A stretch of 64,000 bases of DNA from Tubiluchus corallicola (lineage: Eukaryota > Animalia > Priapulida). Below, in pieces: positions 48,401-60,400 of this stretch (the first letter of the stretch is position 1; each line of letters begins with the position of its first letter). Under the pieces are notes generated by a model that saw only the letters and a program-made list of their open reading frames with translations, had not been told where the DNA came from and searched no databases. A program made the position numbers and the translations under genes. The stretch lies in the NCBI GenBank assembly GCA_030141605.1, contig JAQGDQ010000097.1:310001-374000 (forward strand), read 5' to 3'.

Positions 48401-51400
48401 GCATAAAAAATAATCTAAAAATTGTATGAGGCAAGACTTGCAGGAGAGAGCAAACAAGAAGAGCCACAGAGTGAGAAAAGACAGAATTATTGACAAGGTA
48501 AAATCTACACTGCTAACTTTTCTACATGCACTTCCACACAATTTGCGGACAGCTTTGGTGGCATCCATTTTTTTATTTAAGTCCAAGTCCACACTTGTTG
48601 TACGAATATGTTCATTGACCTGGAGCCACCAGAACATAAAATGCCATCATCTGCTATTCTATAAAGCCATGTGCTCGGGCTTATGAGAACCTTCACATCT
48701 TAGCAGCATTGTCAGATTAGGTAAATTAAGAGCAAAGGTAGTGCCAGATCACTTGGCTTCACTGCAATGACGGCTATGGTGTGGTTTTTTTGTGATTTTT
48801 CCGAAAAATAAGAGCTAATGCCTTTGGTAATGCAATCGATTTGCATAGACAGAAAAAACTAAGGATAGGAGATAAAAACCCAAATCAATTACAATCAATT
48901 AAATTGATTAATTAGTCCTACCACTAGTTGTCATATAATTACTGTTAATGATCTTACATTCAATACAGCGGCATCCCATTCGCAATGCTCTGGCATATGC
49001 CTCGCATGATGATTCACTGGTCAGCTGATCACCGGTAAGGTACCTGGAAAGTAAAACGAAAAATATTAAGCTTACAAAATATATCACACAATGCTTTAAT
49101 ACTTCATTCGTGCAAGCTTAAACTGAGATGTACCATAAACTTTTCTTAGGCCGAAAAACATGCAGTGCGGTGTGGACTAAATTATGCTGCAATAACCACA
49201 AAAGTAATGACTGTTACTCGTCAAGTTTAAGTAGACTAATAAAATAGGTAAGCTTTTGAAGGTATTGTAAGCACAAACATTTTTGCAGTGCACTCAATTT
49301 CTACAGTAACAACAACAACAACTACTAATCCTATCACAAGCCAAGTTTTAAGCTCCATTTAGACTATAAGGTCTCTCCATTGTCACTGAGTCAACACTGT
49401 CATTCTTGCATGCCACTGCTATGCATGCAAAGTGTGAAGAGTGACTGCTTCCAAAGAGTGACTTGTATCCAGACCATCAAGCTTTCCCAGCAGAAAAAAG
49501 GCTCTGAGGCAAAAGTAATAGCAACAAAAAATTTGGCCTTTAATTGGATAAATCTCATTAGGAAAGCATGTCATACACTCGCTTTCAGGAGGAACTAGCT
49601 GGGATGGCTGGTAGTCTGAACGGGCCACTAGGCATTGCACCAGATCAAAATATCCTGTTATCAGAATACTTGAAACATCTTAATCACCAAGAAAAAATAA
49701 TAAGAAAAAATACATAACTACAGAAAGGGTATTCTGAAAATGATTCATTTTAATTTGCATTGACTTGCTACGTCCAAGAAGACTACCTGACCAATGACTT
49801 CATCTCATTAGCTGAAATTGATAGCAAATGCAAATGACGCAAATAAAGCTCACGTGTTATGACTTGATGAGATCCAATAATGTGATAGAGGCATATCCAT
49901 GTTGTCAACAACTTCGTCCCACTTCGTATCCCATATGCTATTTTCTTTTGAAAAGAGGTAATCCTCAAACTACAAAAAAGATTTATTTTACAGTCATTAA
50001 TTTTTATATATCTTCATGCAGGTAAACCAAAATTAATCGAACTCAAACTTGCAGTCGCCTTGCCAACCTACCTCCATCACTGTAAAGAACGGATCTTGCG
50101 TTTGCCGCACTGGATCTTGAAGGAAATCACAGATAATTTTACAAACATCAGTAGGATTCTCCTGCAAATAACAAAAACACAGATTATAACAAAAAAAACT
50201 AACATTTTGATCACATTATGTAATTTATGTATTTAAGCTGCTATTCGCTAGTGCAAAGCAAACAGTTTGCTTGCCAGAGTAACAGTGCTAACTGTTAGTA
50301 CACCACAAGCAGTTTCACATGAGGATAGTACAACACGCTATAAGCAGCTTCACATCATATAGTAAAGCATGTTATATTTAGCAGTAAAAACAAATCATGC
50401 CACGAAGCTCAGCACTTATAATAATATAGACATAATTAAAAACTGTCACTAACTCCAGTGGATATTGTCATATTTGTAAGCTTTTTCCAACATGTCCTTC
50501 AAGGTTATCGTAACTTACAAAAATTTCCTATTTAATATTACACAAAAGCATGGTTGTAAAACTTGATTACAGTTAAAATAAAATAAAATACATTGTAAGT
50601 AACGACTATTTATAAGTAGTATAGAATATTATGGCCCTAGCTCAAAAACTCTATGAAAAGTTGGGCAGTTGAAAAAAAATTAATGTTCTAGGTGATTAGG
50701 TGTACCAAATTTGACTTATAGGCTAAGAAATATGTCACAGACAAAAGAAAGAATGTAATCAACAAAGTACTTACATCAAGACATCTCTTTTGGTACAGAC
50801 ACAGATAATAAAAATGCAATTTAACCACAAATGCTCATCAACGAATGTCCAGTGAGTGACAGTATAGTTCTCATTTATTTATAGCATCAAAGTTCACAGA
50901 CACAAATCTTGAATTTCACTGCATGTTAAAACAGCAAAGTATAACACATAACATGTAAAAGCTTACAAAAACCTTTTGACTCCACTGAAAAGAATGTAGG
51001 CTATTGCATGTTATGACTTAAAACACAGCTGTCTCAGTTAGATGCAAAAAGCTATAGGTACCAACACATGCATCAAAAAATGCAGAAACGCACATAAATG
51101 GTTATAAAATGAAGAATATGCAAAACCGATGCTACATTTACTGCTACCTGCTGTTCTAGTTGTAGGAATGCTGTAAAGTTGTACATTGAGACGTCCTGGG
51201 GTGGATTTGTGAACTGCTGCTGCACCGGAACAACGGTGTAGTATGGAAAGTAGTTGCTCAAATCAGAAATTATCTAAAACATCCAAATTTCCACTTTTTT
51301 TACAATTCACTTTACAAAAAAACACCCTGTAAGAGAGCTAGAAAGTTAGAATGCTAAACTGACAGTACTATAAATGTGCGGTGTGACACATATTTTACTC

Positions 51401-54400
51401 ATTTGTGACAAATTAATTTTGTTAGTTAAATTTCACTGTTTCTCAAGCACTTGAAAGAAAAGGAATATTTTTCTTTATTTTAATTATAATACTAGACATA
51501 CACATTAAAAAGGCTTATCACGATTTTCCTGAACGTAAATTTTTTCTTATAAAGCTTCAGCAGCCGCTAAGTAGGAACCAACCTCCTGGAATTGCTGAAT
51601 TCCAAACACTCAAAAAAGTCAAGAAAGTTGTAAAAAAAGTTTGACATAATCAGGCCATTCACACGGTACAATAAGTTTACACTGTTGATAATGCACAAAA
51701 TGAACGAGAACAAAATAGTACTGCTGTGCAAAAAAGTGTCTGAGCATTAAATAGAAATAATTTATATGTCAACAATTACATTCTATAAGAGGCAGAAAAC
51801 CAATAAATATACATGTTATATGGCGAGAAAATAACCTAGAGATAATAATATGTTAGATAACTTAATTTAATTTTGAATGCACGAATAAATCTTTTGAACA
51901 GTAATTAACACAAATAAAAATTGTCCTTATTAACACATTAATTTTCTTTGAAGATACACATGTGTGCTCCCAGGCAAATATGTACACAAGCATGGCGGTT
52001 AGTTTTATTGTAAAATCAAAATAAGTGCCGATTACCAAGAATTCCTCCTAATTTCATTTTCATCTCCTAGCTACATCTGCCCATTATGTTTGTAAACACG
52101 TACAATTTTGCACTGTTCTAAGTGCAAATTAAATCACGTCCTGCTTAACTAAGCAAAAAGCTTGACTTTCAAATGTCAGCTAACAAAAAGTTGATTAATC
52201 TGCGATCATTGCAAACAATTAATTAGTTTTTGCCGTGACAGTCAATGAAACGTAATCAAATGTTGATTAAAAAGCAGTAAAACATGCTTACGTCGTGATT
52301 ATGAATAAGCAGATGATAAAGCTTTGCAAATCCGTCAAAACTTAACTCTCCCGTTGTATCAACTTTCTGGAAAAAAGTCATGTTCACATGAAAGATAATT
52401 CATATTAAACTAACTCAGTTTATGGGTGATAACTATAGGTAATAAAGATTGTTGATACTCATATTTTTCTCCATATTTCATATGCAAATTCAACTGAAGA
52501 CTAAAAGTTATTTATCGACACTTAGTAAACTGACAAGACTATATAGTTAAGCTTCAAAAGTATTGTGATGACATTTTGCAAATGCCGAATGCTTTTTGCA
52601 CAATTTGAATGAACTAGAAGAGCCCATAGATGAAATTCAAATGAGCATGAAACTTCCTTGTCCATATTTAACAATATTAAGTTTTGTAATATTGATCATG
52701 CTCACAATATAGCTAATGGCTCAAATTTTGATGCTATTTTTTCCAATGCAAACTACAATCACAAGCAGCTAAGTGCAAGCCAGTAGAATATTATTACAAT
52801 TATGACTCAGATTTAACAGTAAAAATAACTACTGCCTGATATAAGAGTATTAAAATCACTCCAATTAGTAAGTGCTCTTATATGCACACTAAAATAGTTT
52901 CAAAAGCAAGAGAACGATAATTTAAAACTAGGTCGATATTTCTTTGTTAAAAATACATTTTATTTTTTGAATTTTACTGTACCTAAGTAGTACTTAGAGA
53001 CAGTTTGGTAGTTTGCACCATTTTCGCTAATATATAGAACACACAGAACATCATTTGATCTAACCGATAACTTTCGATTGGTCTATCCGGTTATGTGTGC
53101 TAAGTGCATACTGGAATAGTAAACAAATAAAGATAGCAATAGCTGAAGAGAAAAGCTCGTACCATGAACTTTACCAGGCAAATGAGCAAAATTTACCAAA
53201 CCCTGAATTCATCTAAGTTCTTTACACACAAGGCAAATAGTAGAATTTACCATGATGATTTTAATTTGAATTTTCGTAAATTTTACAATACGGCTGAAAA
53301 CTGATGATTGATAACTCATACAGCCAATCCAATGTAGGTAAAAAATGCACTGGTAAAAATGGAACAAGAAAAATGGCTTATGTTATTTTGATGCAAATAA
53401 TTTCTATAATATTAAAAGAATCACATGAACATGTTTAGGATTTTTAATGCTGTAGCCAGTAGGAAGCAGACCTCCTTCAAGGTAAAAAAATCCTAAACAT
53501 GTGCATCTGACTCTTTTAACAGAAAAAAAACACATAGAACAAAGATAATACAGCAAACGTGCAAAAATATACCTGTACAAGTATCACATAAATTAGCAAA
53601 AGACTCACAAAATATTTTTTTATTAAACAGAGTTATAATCAATAATGCACAAACATTTCACACAGTGTTTGTCTACATTTCTTTAACTAATTGGCGTTGG
53701 TATAATAAACTGGCAAATATACATGTATAAAAAGTCAACTTACAAAGCTATATACATGTATAACCAAAGGTTATAGACAGTGTTGTACAATATTTCAAAC
53801 AGTTACATAGTATTTCAAAAGAGTAATGACACTCTCTCTGAGATGGCTAATAAAGTTCTTCATGAACATTTTTGTATGTGGTGTTTGGTCAAGACTTGGT
53901 GAAAAAACGAATGGAGGAAAAAACGCCCATATTGACAGCATTGACAGTTTTCACTCTCCCGTCCAGGAATCTGCTTCAAAATAAATCTTTTTGTCCCCCA
54001 TCCCCTTTCTCAAAAAATTTCATAGAAATCTATTAAGTAGTTTTCGCGTAATATGTTTACTGTTGTATAATAGACAAAAACAACAAACCAAACAAGAAAG
54101 AAACTTCCTTGACAAAGACAAAAATAATTAAAATCATTGTAACCACAGCAACACTAAACTTAAACTCATATTTTGTAAGGGTGCTGTTTTTTCCTATTTT
54201 TTTACTTGTGGCATTTTTCCCCTGTGTCATTTTTACCTGTGCTATTTTTTACGCGCACCATACCAATCAATGGTTAATTCGTTAATAACTGCACAAAATA
54301 AGAAAATTATTACTTTACATGGTGCATTATTTAGTTTGTTCAATGAGGCACCCAGTCAGCAAATTTTGTTTTTACATCTCAAATTGGCGCTGTCAGCACT

Positions 54401-57400
54401 CAGCCTTTAAATGAGTTTATTATTCTGAGAGCGAGTTCCAACGTGCTATTTTAAGATTTCAATTTAAACAGTCATAGTTTCATTACACTGCTGACTTTAT
54501 AATGGGTGGTCTGCACACAGCTCACGTAAAACCGTCTGTAGTGGATCAGTTAACGTAAATCCCCGGAACATGTTCTCTGTATATACCATCAGTGAAATGT
54601 TTGACGAATGTATATCTGCATAAATATTTACAATAGTAAGGCTGTGCTCCTGCAGTGTAGCAAAATAAACTGCCTAATTCCTAGAGATCAGAAAATCTAG
54701 AATCGTCTGACAGATACAGTATTATGCCCTGATGCTCTCACTTGTAAATAAAACTTACGGTACAGTAATGCTTGCCTTACGAAAAGTTCGAACACATTAT
54801 TCTATATAACATAAATATATAACGCATTAAAATGATTGTGCACTGTTAAAACAAAAAGCAGGAGCTGCCAGTGAATATTATTTAGTTTCTTTGTTTTTGT
54901 GTAACAATAAATGCAGATGCAGCAACTAGTTATGAAGCAGAGGAATACAATCATTATAATTAACTCTTTAATTACCATACCTGGATTTTTTCTTTCAGTT
55001 CTTTGCCTGAGGATATTTTTAAATTGGCTCTTGGTGCCCATTGCTTTAATTCCTTTAATGAAATTCTAAAAAAGTAATTGGAATAACGATGATGCAGTAA
55101 TTATTACAGTTTTATTACGAACTGTGTTATTACACACACAGTTTTATCTGTACATATAATTAACAAAATGGAAAATGCAAAACAAAAACAAAATTGCAAA
55201 TTTGCAGAACTATAATTTAAATAAATTCTTGTGTTGCATTTTTACCAAAACACATTAATAATTTTCACATTTATTGCAACACTTAAAAACATTATTGCGA
55301 TTCTAGCAATGAAAACGGCCCTTGTAAGCAGAACTTGAAATTTGTTCTAGATCAGTAACAGTCTAAATTGGGAGAAATTCGGCAAGACCAGTTCCTTAAC
55401 CAAGACTAACGTGATTTATTAAACATGTTCACAGGTCCTTTATAATTATCGCCTGCTTGCAGTACTGTAGCATTCAAAGAAACCCTATCCTCAATCAAAC
55501 TAACCCAGGTCAGCCTCTACAAGCTTAAGTATGACGTATCACAAAACACAACAGAGCAATTGCCAAGGTCAACAGCCATTCACTTTTCCTAATCGTTTGG
55601 ATTTTTAATCTCCATTCGTTAGACTTTAGTAAACAGATCCAAAGTGAGTTTAGATCAAATATTGTGGATGTGCACCATCACAGGTCCTAATACGTGCAAG
55701 CAAACATAGGGAATAGTCAACATTCCTTTTCCATGCTGTAATCTGTACAACAATACTAGTAAATCTGGTTCAGCTACTTTTGACATGTAATATGAATTAT
55801 TCCAACAAATGAAATTCCTTCCAAAACTTACATTCGTTTACAATTGTTAACTGCCTTGCAGGCATATATCATACCCCTCTCACTTACAATGAAAGTGGGT
55901 AAACCAATGTGTGATTGCAAAACAGTTAGCAAACAAGGTTTACAATACATACAACATACACAGGACAATTTATTAAATCCCTTTCTGCACATTGCATACC
56001 CACAGAGAGTAAATTCCCAAAAACTGACGATGTTTATTCTGGCAAGTTTATCATGCAGTCTAATACTTTTTATCTACATTGTAAGCAAAAAAGCATGTAA
56101 AACTATGATTAGGTTTCTGTTAAATATTTCTGGGGAAACACCAGTCTTTAAGGGCACAGCAAACATTACTAAGCAATTTTATTGAGCTTATAAAGCCATA
56201 AAACAACAAATTATATAGCTTTGGTGAACTTAATACCTTCAGCGTTGCTGGTAAACTCCACAGAGGTTACTATGTATGCAAAGAGTATTCTGTTCTATTA
56301 AAAAAAGTGAGTCTCTAGCACAAGAGCTCAATAAGAATTTTTGATAGTATTTTAAGAAAAAGTGCCACTCAGCTACAAGAAAACATGTACCGAAGATATA
56401 ACGATGAAGGTATATACCATCTTTTCAACTGATTAAATAAAATATATCAACATTCAATCATTTATAGTTAAAATAATTATGTGAAAATTATTTACCCTTG
56501 CCCGCACTTAAAATAAACTAAATGACCAATGTAAAATTGACAAATCTGCAAACACTTAAGGTGGAATTCAAAAAAGTCTACGGCCTCTTTTTCAGTCAGA
56601 TCATTACTAGAATTCGGAAGGATCCATCGGGACAAAAATTTGTACCCTTTATGTCATGTACTACTATGTTAGGACTGGCTGTTATACAATACATTAGTTA
56701 GAAAGGTATAATATAAAAGCAGTCAGCTAGTTGTGTAGATCGTAATGACAGCTCCTATATATTCTGCAAAAAGCAGCAACACGCAGTAATCGCAGTTTTC
56801 CAGACGAAAATGATGTCAATAACAGTTGTGTGAAGCAATAAAATGTGGCAATTCCAAGCACATCAACAGTATAAGAGAGATTAAAAGCAATTTTCATCAG
56901 TTTTATTTGGTATGATGTGTTTTATTGTCTCACTTTCATCTCAGGCCACTACTGCTGAACATATAACGGAAAATTATGTGCTCTGTTTTTGTGTGGTACT
57001 AACTACATCAGCTATTAAGGTGTTAGTACAGATGTAGAAAATCTCATCAAATGTTAACTCATTAACAAAATGAATTTGTATATTAACTACATGTAAAACT
57101 TAGAACAAATGACAAAGAAGCTAGTTTTGAATACTCAGGAACCGTTCTATATAATGAATTGGATGAAATATTAGTATTCAAAGCAACCCTCACTCAGTCA
57201 CTCAGTCAACTGAAACTTCACTACGTGGAAGTGTGTTTGATTAAAAGTGAATTTCATGAACAAATTTTTATCATTATATTAGTTTTTTGTCTGTTTTGTA
57301 ACTATTAGTACTTTTACAATACGAATATTCATATAGCCTATCATTATAACTACCGTATATATGTGTCTACAAGTCGACCTTATGTACAAGTTGATGTGCA

Positions 57401-60400
57401 TTTTAAGACCAAAAATTGCATCATTTTATATATTGCCTGTGTACAAGTCCACCATAAAATATTAATATCTTTCCAGAGTAAATGATGTCAACAATGACCG
57501 AGTAATAAATCAATAGCTTACTGCGTTAGTGTGTAAGATACGTGCAAGTGCCTGGGTCGAGTATATTATACCTACCCGATGTATTCATGTCGAGGGCCCT
57601 CAAAGCAATCTACGATAATGCAGCATGAAGTAATGTCAAGATGTGAACATTCTCTGATGTGAAGTATTATCTGATGAGTGATTATTTCTTTACATATTTG
57701 TACTGTAGACGACTCTTTAGCGACATCTCCCAAAAACATATCGTAAATATAAGTCGACCCCAAAAATTTCACCGTAAAATCGCCTCCCAAAAATTTGACT
57801 TGTACATAAGTATATACGGTATATTCATATTTTTCTGTTTACTAGAATGTCTAATCTTAACTATCATTGCTTCACTATATGAAATCAAACAAATAACTAT
57901 TTTATTATTTTAAGTTCTATTTAAAGTGATTACCAAATTTTTATTTTATATAAATGAAATTGTACAAAGTTATGTCAATATATTTTACATGAAACTCAAG
58001 TCGCATTGAGCTGCTCTATTTAATGCACTGTAGACCACTGTAACTGTTATTTTGCAATTGTTATTTAATTTGTCTTACTCTCTGTATTTTTACTGTAGTT
58101 TACTTTGGACCTTGAGTCATAGGTAAAACTATTCTTACAAATGGTTGGCACTTACTTGCAAAATTTATAACAAAAAACGACGAGTTAAAACTAACAGACA
58201 TCAAAACTTTCAAGTACTAATTTGCAGAAATAGTAAAACTAATTTCTTTTGTCTAAAATCAAATTCTTATTTTAAAAAGAAAAAACATGACGAACTACGC
58301 GAATTATAAGGCATCATAAGTTAGCAACTATTCAACCTCATATGCAGGTTTCATATATAAGCAAAGTAGCTATGGCTGAACTTTTGGTAAAATAAAAAAA
58401 TAACAAGGTAACTAAAACATTGTTTGACTTTCTCGAAAAACAGCACAACATTACTTGCTCAAGTATTCCCTATATGCAGTCAGTAGAATGAACACTGAGG
58501 AAAAACTAACGGAGTTATATCAACAAAATGTTTTCCTGTTCAATAAAAAGAACATGAGTTCCAATCAACTGAAAATTTCGACATTTGCTTTCGGATCCTC
58601 TCAACTAAACAGCAACAAAAATGCTACATTGTTTCAAACTATCCAAGACTACACAAAAAAACTACGTGCACCTTTTCATCAATTGAATGTACGTAGTATT
58701 TCTAATTTAATATCAATATATAACTCACTGCTAACACTCAATGGCCATGTATCATATTTTGTAACATGTATTTCTTTGCATTACTGCTTAAGATAAGATT
58801 ATTGATCAGTTACGTATAATTGTATACCAAACATATACAATTATACTATTAAATAAAAATATGTTTAGGCAAAAAAATATTGTTAAAAAGCTTATAGTGC
58901 ATACCGTTCGCGTCCACCATCGCCTGCCATCAGATAAAACTCCTTTCTTAGCCACCTGTTAGAGTATGAACATATTCAACTATCTTTAGGCTCCATTTCA
59001 TATGCGTATTAAATATTACATGTACAGAATTGTGAATATATACAACAAAAGTTGATAAAATTATTGAATAATAAGTTAAATCATTTGAATGCAGAACTTA
59101 CTGTCCTTAGCACTTTCATAAATGGTTAGGAACTCAGCTATAAAATGCTTACCTTTCTCAAAAAATATCTCTTTTAGAGATTCAACACACAATGCTTATA
59201 GCAACGAGTACAAAACGTAAATGTACAAAAGTACTCTACTAAATGTAATCTTCACCCTTAACTTAATATGAGAGCACATTAGATGAGCATGGCTTTATAA
59301 GCACAGCTACGGAGAAAGAGTTTACCCGAGTGGTCCCACTGTGTGTTTAGCGAGCAAATTTATGCAAGATGGGCCTCATTAGTAATGGACAAGTGACCAG
59401 GACGAGGATTATAAATAACCACTTAGCACCATACTGTTTTTGACAGTTTGTTTTGTTGAGGGAAGGCACACCAACATCTATATATAATCAAGATAGTTAA
59501 ATATGTCTGCCAGTTCATTACCTTGGCTAGTATATTACCCCATGGATGAAGAGATAGGTTCTGGTCCAGTGGTGGGTAAAAGTTCAATAAAAACAGTTTT
59601 TTAGGTACATATGTGTTTATTCTTGTAACTCCAAAGTGTATAAACTTGTACAACTTCACAATGACAGGACTGTACATATAAAAAGTTAAGAAATAACATT
59701 ATTTTTGGAGAAATCTGCTCTTATGTCAGCTTATTTTGGAACAACAATTTTTTAGTAAACTTATATAACCACTAATGTAAAAGCCCCTGACTGGTAATGT
59801 GTAGTAGAAGCGTTTGATTTTCTTGACAAAATGTAATAAAATTTATTATATAGTGGGTTGTTTAAGACACGGATACCGTTCTTATTATAAAGTTTTTAAA
59901 TACTTATTCCTAAAGTAATTTTAAAGCTTTTACCGTTCCACTTGTATGGGATAGGGTGAATTTTGTGTGTTTAATGTGTCCTGCACAAGATGCCGTAAGC
60001 AAATAATCCACTGAGAACATTCATCGGCATTCGGCGCTAAAAACAAAAAAATTGATGACTTTTAACATTTAAATCATCAAATAATGTCTTCAAATTTGAA
60101 AATGACTAAATAATATGAATAATAAGTTGGAACACAACAAAATGGAACACACCTATGCAAGATAAACTCCGACAGTTGAACTCGCTTCCGTAGATAACAA
60201 CGAAGCAACAGCAGTCGTAGACTTCTTCTGGAAATTTCTCAAAGTCTCTCGACTTCTTACCTTCCCGAATTTCTTTAACTTCCCGCAAGTCAACTGCACC
60301 AAATGAAAAGTGAAATGTAGTTAAAAGTAGTAAACAATTGTGGCTGTCCAGATTTAGCTTTGTTGCTTGCAATGGGTGATTTACAGTGTACTAACTTTAT

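Noticed and set aside
49380-49640. Overlapping Cys-rich ORFs in a PLCG intron
   Set aside because: No recognisable motif, and PLCG exons 9-10 join without them
55998-56075. AG...GT-bounded segment on the minus strand as a possible PLCG exon
   Set aside because: The required phase gives an immediate TAA; exons 4 and 5 already join in frame with the expected EF-hand sequence
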